Shown one piece after another: positions 32,202 to 41,814 of a DNA stretch of 45,314 bases; position 1 is the stretch's first letter; the number at the start of each line of letters is the position of its first letter. A program made the translations under genes and the position numbers. This DNA is from a virus: the IMG/VR virus record IMGVR_UViG_3300045988_037298. One strand, 5' to 3'. A model generated the notes under the pieces. That model saw only the letters and a list, made by a program, of their open reading frames with translations, made no database searches and was not told the DNA's origin.

Positions 32202-32279
32202 TTTTTTTACACCGACTATACACCAGAGTATAGTTGCTAACCCAATACCTTAACAATTATGGGTAGAAAGGATTTTTAT
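32202..32279 (+). promoter_or_regulatory. conserved leader element, copy 1 (TTACACC, hairpin, GCTAACC, CCTT..AGAAAGGA)
   Basis: Shares ordered blocks with 35767-35864. See the finding at 32202-32279. Confidence 0.45.
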
Positions 32280-33446
32280 ATGGCAGCAAAAGCTAATCTT
32301 ATTATGAGCAATGATATCCAGGTCACAGCACGTGAGATTGACTTTGTTACCAGATTCGAAAGAAACTGGGAACACTTACGTGAAATCCTTGGTATCATGC
32401 GTCCAATCAAAAAGACACCCGGAGCGGTTCTTAAATCAAAATATGCAGAAGGTACATTACAGGATGGAAATGTTGGTGAGGGTGAAGAAATCCCTTACAG
32501 CAAATTCACTGTAAAAGAAAAGCCTTATGCAGAAATGAGTATTGAGAAGTACGCAAAGGCTGTATCTATCGAAGCGATCAAGGATCACGGTTATGAGAAC
32601 GCTGTTCAAATGACCGATGATGAATTCCTCTTCCAGCTTCAGACCAATGTTACTGAAAGATTTTACAACTATCTGAAAACAGGTACTCTCTCATTCACGG
32701 AAACCACTTTCCAGATGGCTCTGGCAATGGCTAAAGGCCGTGTAGAAAACAAATTCAAACAGATGCACAGAAATGTAACTGGTGTTGTTGGGTTTGTAAA
32801 TATTCTGGACGTGTATGAGTATATCGGTGCAGCTGATATCACTATTCAGAACCAGTTCGGCTTCCAGTATATGAAAGACTTCCTGGGATTTAACACAATC
32901 TTCCTGTTATCTGACAGCGAGATTCCAAGAGGAACAGTAATCGCTACACCTGTAGAGAACATCGTTCTTTACTACGTGGATCCGAACGAATCTGATTTCG
33001 CAAGAGCAGGACTTGTATACACTGTATCCGGTGAGACGAATCTGATCGGATTCCATACACAGGGCAACTACCACACAGCAGTGTCTGAAGCATTCGCGAT
33101 CATGGGACTTACCCTCTTTGCAGAGTACATTGATGCTATTGCCGTAGGAACTATCAACACAACTCAGACGCTTGGAACTCTGACTGTAAATTCTGCGGCA
33201 GGAAGTAAGAGTGGAGACACAAAAGTGACTATTACTCCGAAAAAAGCAAGCGCAGGAAATGTGTACAAGTACAAAGTTGCATCATCTGAGACTACTGTAG
33301 ATTATGGCCAGAATGTGAAGAACTGGACTGCGTGGGATGGAGAAGCTGACATTACCGCAGCAACAGGGCAGGTAATCACAGTGGTTGAATGCGACAGCAC
33401 ATATAAGGCACTGAGCGCCGGACACGCGACTGTAACAGCAAAATGA
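32280..33446 (+). CDS. major capsid protein with a C-terminal Ig-like domain
   Basis: ATG 32280 is in frame with track ORF 32259. Size and position after the scaffold fit. C-terminal segment TLTVNSAAGSKSGDTKVTITPKK..ATVTAK is Big_2-like. Confidence 0.8.
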   Translation: MAAKANLIMSNDIQVTAREIDFVTRFERNWEHLREILGIMRPIKKTPGAVLKSKYAEGTLQDGNVGEGEEIPYSKFTVKEKPYAEMSIEKYAKAVSIEAIKDHGYENAVQMTDDEFLFQLQTNVTERFYNYLKTGTLSFTETTFQMALAMAKGRVENKFKQMHRNVTGVVGFVNILDVYEYIGAADITIQNQFGFQYMKDFLGFNTIFLLSDSEIPRGTVIATPVENIVLYYVDPNESDFARAGLVYTVSGETNLIGFHTQGNYHTAVSEAFAIMGLTLFAEYIDAIAVGTINTTQTLGTLTVNSAAGSKSGDTKVTITPKKASAGNVYKYKVASSETTVDYGQNVKNWTAWDGEADITAATGQVITVVECDSTYKALSAGHATVTAK

Positions 33447-33469
33447 TGATCAAGTAGGAGGTAACTGGC

Positions 33470-33967
33470 ATGGCTTATGCAGATTATGAATTTTACACAA
33501 CTTCATATTTCGGTTCAGTTGTGCCAGAAACCGAATTTCCACGATTAGCAGAAAGAGCCAGTGGTTTTGTGGACACAATGACATTTGACAGGTTGGTGGA
33601 CGGACTGCCAAAAAATGAACGCTCACAGAAGCGCATCAAAAAGGCGGTCTGCTCACTGGCTGAATTAATGTATCAGATTGAGCTTGCTGAAAAGAACGCT
33701 ACCAATGCCGCTGTAAGTGGTACGTCAACCGTAATCGGGTCCGGTGGTAGCACGACAGGCATTGTAACCTCTATATCATCCGGCAGCGAATCCATATCTT
33801 ACGCAACACCTCAGCAGATTGGAGCGAGTGCAAAGGAATGGAGTGCGGTGTATGCCGCCGCCGGAGATGTACAGAAAACGAACGACTTGCTCTTAAAGGC
33901 AGCGTTGCCGCTTCTGATGGGAGTGAGGACGGATGATGGGATACCAGTTTTGTATGCGGGAGTGTAA
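33470..33967 (+). CDS. head-tail connector/adaptor (gp6-like) with a Ser/Gly/Thr-rich insert
   Basis: N-terminus MAYADYEFYTTSYFG..FPRLAERASGFVD, in the position after the MCP. Confidence 0.5.
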   Translation: MAYADYEFYTTSYFGSVVPETEFPRLAERASGFVDTMTFDRLVDGLPKNERSQKRIKKAVCSLAELMYQIELAEKNATNAAVSGTSTVIGSGGSTTGIVTSISSGSESISYATPQQIGASAKEWSAVYAAAGDVQKTNDLLLKAALPLLMGVRTDDGIPVLYAGV

Positions 33968-33972
33968 TTAGT

Positions 33973-34164
33973 ATGAATAAAGTAATGTGCTTTTTAACTG
34001 GCGGGCATAAATTCAAAAGTCCTGCTGAATCAAAATGCAATGACAAAGAAAAGACTTGTACCATTACGGAAACTTGCTGTAAATGTGGAAAACAGTTTTC
34101 ATTTACAGGTACATACAAACAGTTTGGTATTCCAGATGTGACAAGAAGTGGGAAAAATTCGTAG
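33973..34164 (+). CDS. hypothetical Cys-rich small protein
   Basis: ORF track; CNDKEKTCTITETCCKCG. Confidence 0.5.
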   Translation: MNKVMCFLTGGHKFKSPAESKCNDKEKTCTITETCCKCGKQFSFTGTYKQFGIPDVTRSGKNS

Positions 34165-34186
34165 TTAAGTAGGAGGTATCTGAATA

Positions 34187-34444
34187 ATGGAATTAAAACA
34201 GACAGTTGAAATGATGAACAGTGCAGATTACAAGGAACGCTTTAAGGCAGAGTATATGCAGGTGGTTATTCGATATAAGAAACTTGCGAATATGCTTGGA
34301 AAGTGGGACAAAGGGGAACTCCCATTTACTCCTACTTGTCCGAGAAGCACTTACAATATGCAGGTAAGAGCAATGGCGGATTATATTGCTGTTCTGGAAG
34401 CAAGGGCAGTTATGGAAAAAGTTGATTTGGAGGTATCAGAGTAA
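34187..34444 (+). CDS. hypothetical protein
   Basis: ORF track; GGAGG upstream. Confidence 0.55.
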   Translation: MELKQTVEMMNSADYKERFKAEYMQVVIRYKKLANMLGKWDKGELPFTPTCPRSTYNMQVRAMADYIAVLEARAVMEKVDLEVSE

Positions 34445-34779
34445 TGGAAGCATTATTTGCAAATGTAACTCTGATTCTAGCAGTAATCAGTGTTTTGGCG
34501 TTTTGCGTGTCTGTGATTACACAGGTGATTAAAAATGTTGGATTCTTGTCTAAGATTCCAACAGATGCACTGGTACTTGTACTGTCCATTGGAATTACTG
34601 TAGCCGCTTTTGTAGCGTATATGCAGTATATCCACATGACAATCTTGTGGTATATGATTTTAGCAGCTATCATGGCTGGGTTTATTGTGGCGTTTATTTC
34701 AATGTTCGGGTGGGAAAAGATTACGGAATTATGGAAACGAACGTCCAAGGTTGACGTGGATAAGCTGAAAAATAAATGA
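34444..34779 (+). CDS. holin (three TM segments, charged C-terminus; holin_4_1-like)
   Basis: TM1 NVTLILAVISVLAFCVSVI; ..TQVIKNVGFLSKIPTDALVLVLSIGI..; TM3 WYMILAAIMAGFIVAFISMF; tail KRTSKVDVDKLKNK. Confidence 0.7.
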   Translation: MEALFANVTLILAVISVLAFCVSVITQVIKNVGFLSKIPTDALVLVLSIGITVAAFVAYMQYIHMTILWYMILAAIMAGFIVAFISMFGWEKITELWKRTSKVDVDKLKNK

Positions 34780-34795
34780 TTGAGGAGAGGGTATC

Positions 34796-35257
34796 ATGTA
34801 CGAAAAAACAGTGACGATTTTCAACTATTACGAATCAGCCACGACCGGAGATGCGTACTGGTATCCTCATGTTTTATCCGGTGTCGACCTCATTACAGAC
34901 AAAGGAGCAATCCTCAAGAAGTACGGACCAGATGCAACAGACAACGCGCAGTTGCACATCCATTATACTGTCCAGAATGGCGATATAACCATTGCTGATA
35001 AAGACGGCAAGATTCTCCCATGGGTGCCAGTTAAAGAGTGGAAACAGCAGATTAACAACGCTCTGGAGGATACTATTACATTCTCAGACGAATCGTTCTT
35101 CTGGGAGGGCGAGTGGACTGGTGGAATAGTAACTGATGGTGATTACAGAAATGGATTTTATCAATACATGAACCAGAACAAGGACAATGTCTTTAAAGTC
35201 ACCAGTGCGGGCGGTCCGTATACACTGATTCCACATTTTGAAATATTAGGAAAGTAG
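34796..35257 (+). CDS. putative head-closure / head-tail joining protein
   Basis: Position and size in the connector block. Confidence 0.45.
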   Translation: MYEKTVTIFNYYESATTGDAYWYPHVLSGVDLITDKGAILKKYGPDATDNAQLHIHYTVQNGDITIADKDGKILPWVPVKEWKQQINNALEDTITFSDESFFWEGEWTGGIVTDGDYRNGFYQYMNQNKDNVFKVTSAGGPYTLIPHFEILGK

Positions 35258-35265
35258 GATGCAAT

Positions 35266-35766
35266 ATGGCGGATAAACCGATCGGCAAGGACGCAGAGGG
35301 GTATGAGATTCTGACAGAAGCCATGAAAGCTTTGCTGAATCAGTATCCTGGACTGTATGAAAACGAAACAATCAAATACGAGGAACTGGGAACCGATAGC
35401 GGTATCTCATTCTTTGCGGATACAGGAGCATTAATCTATTCAGAAAAAGAGGATGTATGCGGAATAATGCACCAGGTGTGCCAGTATCCGTTTATCATGG
35501 TTTACCGTACAGCTTCCGAAAAGGAGCGCCAGAAGCTATCTGTTCAGAAGTTTCTGGACAACCTTGGCAAGTGGATTTGCCGGGAACCAGTCACAGTAGA
35601 TGGCACTGAGACGCGCTTATCCGCTTTTCCAGAGCTTTCCAGAGGACGAGTGATAAAACGCATCATTCGCGATAATTCCTACGGAACAGAGCCGCAGGAG
35701 AACGGCGTACAGGACTGGTTGCTTCCAATCACAGTAAAATACGAATATGACTGGGAAAAATGGTGA
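35266..35766 (+). CDS. putative tail terminator / minor capsid-type protein
   Basis: Positioned directly upstream of the major tail gene. Confidence 0.45.
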   Translation: MADKPIGKDAEGYEILTEAMKALLNQYPGLYENETIKYEELGTDSGISFFADTGALIYSEKEDVCGIMHQVCQYPFIMVYRTASEKERQKLSVQKFLDNLGKWICREPVTVDGTETRLSAFPELSRGRVIKRIIRDNSYGTEPQENGVQDWLLPITVKYEYDWEKW

Positions 35767-35864
35767 TTACACCACTTAAATATAACAACTAACCGGCTAT
35801 CAATCGGAGATAGTCGCTAACCTACACAGCCTTTTAAGAGTTATAGGCAGAAAGGACTTTTTTT
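35767..35864 (+). promoter_or_regulatory. conserved leader element, copy 2
   Basis: TTACACC 35767-35773, a hairpin at 35795-35815, GCTAACC 35816-35822, and CCTTT 35830-35834 complementary to AAAGG in the SD at 35851-35855. Confidence 0.45.
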
Positions 35865-36362
35865 ATGATTGAAAGAAAATATCTTGCACATTATCTTGAT
35901 TCTTCTTTTGGGAGTTTAACTCCTACATATGTAAAAATCGGTAAAAACCTCGAAGAGTACAACGAGGAACTGAACCCGGACGTTGAAGTTACTAAAAACA
36001 TTTGGGGAGAACAGTCCGTTCAGCATTCCGGTTATGAGGTGCAGGCAGACGTTGATCCGTATTATTACGAGAATTACGACGATGCGCTTTCCAACAAAAT
36101 CATGGAGCTGGCAAACACAAGGGCAACCGGAGATAAGTGTAAAACCACAATGGTTGATGTGCTTCTGAAGCCGGGCGACAGTGATGCAGCCCCAACAGTT
36201 GTATGGGCTTATCGTGAGGATGTATATGTTATTCCGAATAGCGTCGGCGGCGATACCTCCGGAATCCAGACACCGTTTACAATTTATAAAGCCGGAAATC
36301 GAGTAAAAGGAACCTGGGACGTATCAAAGAAAACCTTTACAGTAAGCGATAACACACTTTAA
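35865..36362 (+). CDS. major tail protein
   Basis: 165 aa, upstream of the chaperones and tape measure. Confidence 0.7.
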   Translation: MIERKYLAHYLDSSFGSLTPTYVKIGKNLEEYNEELNPDVEVTKNIWGEQSVQHSGYEVQADVDPYYYENYDDALSNKIMELANTRATGDKCKTTMVDVLLKPGDSDAAPTVVWAYREDVYVIPNSVGGDTSGIQTPFTIYKAGNRVKGTWDVSKKTFTVSDNTL

Positions 36363-36384
36363 TTGAATTTAGGAGGACATGGAA

Positions 36385-36804
36385 ATGGCAGCAAAACAGA
36401 TTAAAACCAATGTCAAGGCAGCTGAATATGAGTTTTTAGATGCGGATGGGAAGATTCTTTTTACAATTCGCTTCAATACGGATTTGGACATTGCCAGAAG
36501 ATACAACAGAACTGTTGAGTTTCTTAACCGGATGTTTTCAGACATTGAAAAAGATGATAAGAAATCGGACGCATTTTTTGGAAAATGTGACGAACTCAAA
36601 GAAAAATTGAACGAGCTGTTTAATAGCGATATTGCCACACCAATTTTTTCGATTATGAATCCGTTTTCGCCTCTGGAAAGCGGTAAATTATATATCGAAG
36701 AAATCATGGAGAAGCTTGGTGATATCGTGGAAGCGGAGTTTGATACACGAGTTAAAAGGGTACAGAGCCGTCAGAACAAATATACGGCAAAGTACCATAA
36801 ATAA
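36385..36804 (+). CDS. tail assembly chaperone
   Basis: Positioned between the major tail and tape measure genes. ATG 36385 lies 8 nt after AGGAGG (the track start is 36379). Confidence 0.6.
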   Translation: MAAKQIKTNVKAAEYEFLDADGKILFTIRFNTDLDIARRYNRTVEFLNRMFSDIEKDDKKSDAFFGKCDELKEKLNELFNSDIATPIFSIMNPFSPLESGKLYIEEIMEKLGDIVEAEFDTRVKRVQSRQNKYTAKYHK

Positions 36805-37388
36805 TGAACCCGTGGGAGCTTCCAACTTCAATTGATGTTGATGGAACCACATATGCAATAAGAACGGATTTCCGGGTCGTATTGGACGTATTAACGGCCA
36901 TGAACGATCCGGATTTATTTTTGCCAGATTCTTCAGAATTGGAAAAGTCGTTTGTGAGGATGGATACCATCTTGAAGATTATAGTGGAAGACTATGATGA
37001 TCTGCATCCGGATAAATGGGACGAAGCATGTAAGGCTGTAATTGATTTCATAGACTGCGGCATGAAAGACGATGGAAAGCGTAAGCCTCACACAATGGAC
37101 TGGCAGCAGGACGCACAGATCATTATTCCTGCAATAAACAGAGTGCAGGGGACTGAGATACGTGCGCTTCCGTATTTACATTGGTGGACTTTTCTAGGGG
37201 CCTATATGGAAATTGGCGAATGCCTTTTTGCGCAGGTGGTGCATATTAGGCAAAAAAAGCTGAAACATCAGAAGTTGGAAAAGTGGGAAAATGATTTTTA
37301 CAACCAAAACAAAGATATTATTGATCTAAAAAAGAAGATCAGTGAAGAACAAAAAATTGAAATGGAAAATCTTGAAAAATGGCTGTAG
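36804..37388 (+). CDS. Gp15-family tail assembly protein
   Basis: SIDVDGTTYAIRTDFRVVLDVLTAMNDPDL, the typical Gp15 N-terminus. Confidence 0.75.
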   Translation: MNPWELPTSIDVDGTTYAIRTDFRVVLDVLTAMNDPDLFLPDSSELEKSFVRMDTILKIIVEDYDDLHPDKWDEACKAVIDFIDCGMKDDGKRKPHTMDWQQDAQIIIPAINRVQGTEIRALPYLHWWTFLGAYMEIGECLFAQVVHIRQKKLKHQKLEKWENDFYNQNKDIIDLKKKISEEQKIEMENLEKWL

Positions 37389-37401
37389 GAGGTGATTTTG
37401 C

Positions 37402-40400
37402 ATGGCTGACGGAAGTGTAGTAATTGATACCAAAATAGACACAAGCGGCGCCGAAAAAGGCGCTGATGATATAGTGAAATCCCTGGAAAGTATTTTGGGG
37501 TATATGCAAAATATCTCTTCCAGTATAAATAAAATCGTAAGTAGCTTAACCGGTGGCTCGAATACAGCGAGCAACGCGGTATCTAATCTAACTGATAACC
37601 TTGAAGCCACTGCGGAAGCCGGGAAACGTGCGGTAAAAGCTGTTAGTAAATTTGATCCAAGTGATGTGTCTGGGCTTACAATTCATCGTTGGAATGATAA
37701 TAGTGATTTAATTGGAGATACAAGCGAGATTTCAGAAGAACAAAGACGGGAACTCGCCGAAAATGCTAAAGCCGCTAGGGAATCAGCACAAGAAGCGGCT
37801 GACGCGTTTAATGGCGAAAAAGAAAAGGTGAATGAGCTGTATGATTCTATCAGAAAGTTAAAAGCTGAATTGAAGTCTCTTGAAAAATCCGGGAAATGGT
37901 GGGGAGATGATGAGTATGACGAAGCCGCTATTAAGCTAAATGAACTCAATAAGCAGGCACAGGAATATAAGAAAACAACTCTTTCGCCGGAAATAGACAG
38001 CGCAGCGGATTCCGTGAGCAGGCTCGGTCAAAAGGTTGACAGTCTCTCAAAAAAACTGATGAATGCCGGAATTTCCGGATTAAAAAGCAAAATCAAAAGC
38101 ATAGGAAAGACTATTGATGGACTGGTATCTAAGCTTTTAAAACTTACATCAAGCGCAATCATAGGCGGCTTGCAGAGAATTTCCAGTGGTATATTTGGAA
38201 TTCATAAATCAGCAAATAAAAGCACACTGTCGTTAAAAAATTTATTGAAATATGCGTTTGGAATTCGTTCATTGTTTGTTCTGTTCAACAAATTACGTAA
38301 TGCGATTATAGCCGGATTTCAGAATCTTGCCAAGTATGATTTAGCAACGCAGACCGGAGATGCAAACAATAGTATTTCTTCTCTAATGTCCGCACTGACA
38401 CGATTAAAGAATAGCTTTGCGACAGCATTCGCGCCGATTCTGACAACTGTTGCACCGATTCTTGTTAGGTTTATAAATCTCATATCCGAAGCTGTAACGC
38501 GTGTAGGTATGTTGGTTGCAGCCTTAACAGGAAAAGATACGTTTACCAAAGCAATAGGCGTACAAGAGAATTATGCAGCCAGTCTGGATAAAAGCTCTAA
38601 AAGCGCAAATAAAGCCAAGAAAGCCACAAAGGGTTATCTTTCTTCATTAGATGAAATTAGCCGGTACGATGATGGGAAATCAGACAGTGAAGCAGGATCC
38701 GGAGGAGGTGGGTATACTGCTCCTTCAGCCAGTGAAATGTTTGAGACTGTTCCGATTGAAAGCTCTATCAAAGATATTGCTGATAAGATAAAAGGATATA
38801 TTCAAAGCCAAGATTGGGAAGGCCTTGGCTCGTACATGGCTGATGGTATCAACACGGGGCTCGAAAGGGTTTATGAAGTAATCAGTTGGGATAACGTAGG
38901 ACCGAAGATTGAACCTTTTATAAGCGGATTTACGACAACTTTTAATAGCTTAGTTGATAATATCAACTGGGAATTAATGGGACAGACTGTTGGAACCGGA
39001 ATAAATACCATTGTAAAAGCTTTACGCTTGGCAATCACAGGAACTGATTGGTACAACCTTGGAAAGAAATTTGCAAAAGGAATTAAGGGAATTGTCAAAA
39101 CAGTTAACTGGAAAGAACTTGGGCAGTTGATTGGAGATAAATTCATGATTTCGTGGAGAATATTTAGCGGATTCGTGAAAAATCTGCCTTATGCAAGCAT
39201 AGGGAATGCTGTGGCTACAGCATTAAACGGCGTATTTTCCACGATTTCTTTTTCAGAGATTGGAAATTCATTAGCCACTGCAATGAATGGGGCTTTTACT
39301 GCTCTTTACAATTTCGCGACTACTTTCGATTGGACACAGATGGTTAACAATATTGCCGGCGGAATTAATGAATTTGTATCAACGTTTGACTGGAAAGGCA
39401 ATGGAGAAAAATTAGAGGTTTTTCTTGATAATCTGTGCGATGCAATTGTAGATTTTACAGAAACAACAGACTGGGAAGCTGTTGGAAAAGGAATTGGAAC
39501 ATTCCTCTCACAGATTGACTGGTGGGGGCATCTATGGCAAGTTGTGCATGAAATAAAAGACACCATTGGAAGATTATTTGACGGGCTTGAAGCAAGTGGA
39601 ACAGCTGGAAAGATTGTCGCGTTTCTCGGAAAAGCATTTTTAGCTATTAAAGTGGCACAGATTTTGGGAATCGATGATCTTGTTGTTGCCATAGTTGGAT
39701 ATATCGGAAGGAAGCTGATAGGATCGCAAGCTGCATTATCTGGTGATTTGACTACTTTAATCGGAAACGCCGCCAGTGGAGCTGCCGGTAGTTTTTCAGA
39801 ATTTGCAACATCGTTAGCACCTTTGGTTGGTACAGCCGGTTTGATTGTCGGTGTAGGAGCTGCAGCAACTATAGCAACATCTGAATTAGCTGGATTGGTT
39901 GAGACAATGCAGGGTGGTAATGGGGTTGGAACCACATTCGGAAATACCATGAATAATTTTATCCAGACTTTACAGAGGAGAGGGGATATTCTTCCGGGAT
40001 CCGCCGAGGAAATTTGGCAATTAAAAGAAAGTCTGGAACAGGAAGGCATGACCGCCGAGGAGAAGGTAAGTGCCACTCAGAAGCTAATTGATAAGCTTGG
40101 AGAAATGGGAGTTACATCTGATCAAGCAGAACAAGCATTTTCTACTTTATATCAGCAAGGACTTATAACAGATGATATGTTTGATATATTGTCTGAGTCA
40201 ATCAAAACTCTTGGTGACAACACAACAAATATGGCAGGCTCCATTGATCTTGGCAAACAGTCTATTGACGATTTGTATAACAATGTTCTCCCGCAATTAC
40301 AGGTGCAACTAGGACTCAGCGCAGATGAAATGGTTCAGCTCGACACGGCATTAATGGAAACTGAAAATTCTGGTGGAACAGCACAAGACGCTTTCAACAA

Positions 40401-41406
40401 TATCATGGCACGCGCCAAAGAACTTGGAATTAATACAGAATCCGTAGCAAAGATTTTTGCGCAGGTATTTCCGGATGCTGTAAAAGAAACTGCAAACAGC
40501 GCTGAAATATCTATGAGTAGTACGCAAAGCTCGATTGAAACCGGTATGGGAGCAGCTGCAACAGCAGTTGGAACTGCCATGTCCGGGATTCAAACAGATA
40601 CTGAAAAAGCAATGTCAGCAGCTGAAAGAGCTGTATCTGATTCTACTGGAAATATCAATACCGATACTGTTACGAACTGGGGAAACTCAGCAGAAGAAGT
40701 GGATAAAAACCTTGACCGAATGAAACAACATGCAAATCTGAAGCTCGGAGAAATGCACAAGACAGTAGAAAGCCATTTTTCAAGCCAGTATAATACCATG
40801 ACGAAAAAATGGGAACGCGCGCAAGAACGTATTGAGCAGATTGTTTCGGAAATGATTAAGAATATAAACACAAGCCTTGAAGGTTTTTCCGAAGATATAA
40901 GCTCCGTTGGGAAAAGAATAGGAAATAACTTATTATCTGGAATTTCAAGCGGAATCAGAGGAATAACCGATATTCTGAATGATGTTATTGGAAAGGTAAA
41001 TAGTGCCGTTAGGAATATTAATGGTGCATTATCCGAAATTGAAAGAAGCTTTACATTTACCTATAAGTACACAAATCCGATTACGAAAAAAAATGGCACA
41101 TTTCGTTCGTGGATGAATCTTCCGAGGGTAAACACAATCCCATATCTTGCAAGTGGTGCCGTAATACCGCCGCGTAGTGAATTCCTGGCAGTACTTGGAG
41201 ATCAGAAAAACGGACGCAATCTGGAAGCACCGGAAGGTGTTATCCGAGAAATTATTGATGATGCATTTGCAAGGCATCAGCAGGGCAGCAGTGGTAACTT
41301 CCGATTTACAGCGCAGTTGAATCGCAGAACGATATTTGATGAGATGATTGACGAAGCAAAGTTAAGACGTGATGCAAGCGGTACGAATCCGTTTGAATTG
41401 GCGTAG
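37402..41406 (+). CDS. tape measure protein
   Basis: 1334 aa, helical and Ala/Gly/Ser-rich, in the position before Dit and Tal. Confidence 0.9.
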   Translation: MADGSVVIDTKIDTSGAEKGADDIVKSLESILGYMQNISSSINKIVSSLTGGSNTASNAVSNLTDNLEATAEAGKRAVKAVSKFDPSDVSGLTIHRWNDNSDLIGDTSEISEEQRRELAENAKAARESAQEAADAFNGEKEKVNELYDSIRKLKAELKSLEKSGKWWGDDEYDEAAIKLNELNKQAQEYKKTTLSPEIDSAADSVSRLGQKVDSLSKKLMNAGISGLKSKIKSIGKTIDGLVSKLLKLTSSAIIGGLQRISSGIFGIHKSANKSTLSLKNLLKYAFGIRSLFVLFNKLRNAIIAGFQNLAKYDLATQTGDANNSISSLMSALTRLKNSFATAFAPILTTVAPILVRFINLISEAVTRVGMLVAALTGKDTFTKAIGVQENYAASLDKSSKSANKAKKATKGYLSSLDEISRYDDGKSDSEAGSGGGGYTAPSASEMFETVPIESSIKDIADKIKGYIQSQDWEGLGSYMADGINTGLERVYEVISWDNVGPKIEPFISGFTTTFNSLVDNINWELMGQTVGTGINTIVKALRLAITGTDWYNLGKKFAKGIKGIVKTVNWKELGQLIGDKFMISWRIFSGFVKNLPYASIGNAVATALNGVFSTISFSEIGNSLATAMNGAFTALYNFATTFDWTQMVNNIAGGINEFVSTFDWKGNGEKLEVFLDNLCDAIVDFTETTDWEAVGKGIGTFLSQIDWWGHLWQVVHEIKDTIGRLFDGLEASGTAGKIVAFLGKAFLAIKVAQILGIDDLVVAIVGYIGRKLIGSQAALSGDLTTLIGNAASGAAGSFSEFATSLAPLVGTAGLIVGVGAAATIATSELAGLVETMQGGNGVGTTFGNTMNNFIQTLQRRGDILPGSAEEIWQLKESLEQEGMTAEEKVSATQKLIDKLGEMGVTSDQAEQAFSTLYQQGLITDDMFDILSESIKTLGDNTTNMAGSIDLGKQSIDDLYNNVLPQLQVQLGLSADEMVQLDTALMETENSGGTAQDAFNNIMARAKELGINTESVAKIFAQVFPDAVKETANSAEISMSSTQSSIETGMGAAATAVGTAMSGIQTDTEKAMSAAERAVSDSTGNINTDTVTNWGNSAEEVDKNLDRMKQHANLKLGEMHKTVESHFSSQYNTMTKKWERAQERIEQIVSEMIKNINTSLEGFSEDISSVGKRIGNNLLSGISSGIRGITDILNDVIGKVNSAVRNINGALSEIERSFTFTYKYTNPITKKNGTFRSWMNLPRVNTIPYLASGAVIPPRSEFLAVLGDQKNGRNLEAPEGVIREIIDDAFARHQQGSSGNFRFTAQLNRRTIFDEMIDEAKLRRDASGTNPFELA

Positions 41407-41418
41407 GGGGGTGAGAAT

Positions 41419-41814
41419 GTGGCATTTTCAATAAGTAAATCAATAACTGATAGATACAAGATAAATGGACTTCTCATCCCTCAGCCAGATGAGGATATGC
41501 AGTGTAATTTTGAAACCACCTATTCGGAGGGAAGTAATCGAACTCAAAAAGGAGTTGCACTAATAACTCCGCTTTTTACAGTTATGCAATATAGCTATAA
41601 AGCCACCAATGTGCCGGTTGATGAGAAATCAACTAATCTGGTAAATGCAATTATTAAAGGAAAGCCGTTCATTTTACATCACTGGTTAGCACACAAAAAT
41701 GAATGGCGTTCAGAAAAGTTTTACGTGGGAAAAATGAATTACAACATAAAACAAGTTGGGGAATACTATTCCGAAATATCATTTAATATGCAGGGGGTGA
41801 ATCCACTTGATTAA
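41419..41814 (+). CDS. putative distal tail protein (Dit)
   Basis: GTG start after GGGGGGTGAG, located between the tape measure and Tal genes. Confidence 0.5.
   Translation: MAFSISKSITDRYKINGLLIPQPDEDMQCNFETTYSEGSNRTQKGVALITPLFTVMQYSYKATNVPVDEKSTNLVNAIIKGKPFILHHWLAHKNEWRSEKFYVGKMNYNIKQVGEYYSEISFNMQGVNPLD

Noticed and set aside
36379-37388. Programmed -1 frameshift fusing the two tail chaperone ORFs (G/GT type)
   Set aside because: The downstream ORF is in the -1 frame, but that frame has stops at 36741-43, 36753-55 and 36798-800. No fusion window or slippery heptamer exists. The second ORF has its own ATG overlapping the stop.
39306-40076. 256-aa minus-strand ORF inside the tape measure gene
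   Set aside because: It is antisense to a long, well-supported gene. It has a Pro/Ala/Ser-rich mirror composition and no SD, so it is a typical shadow ORF.
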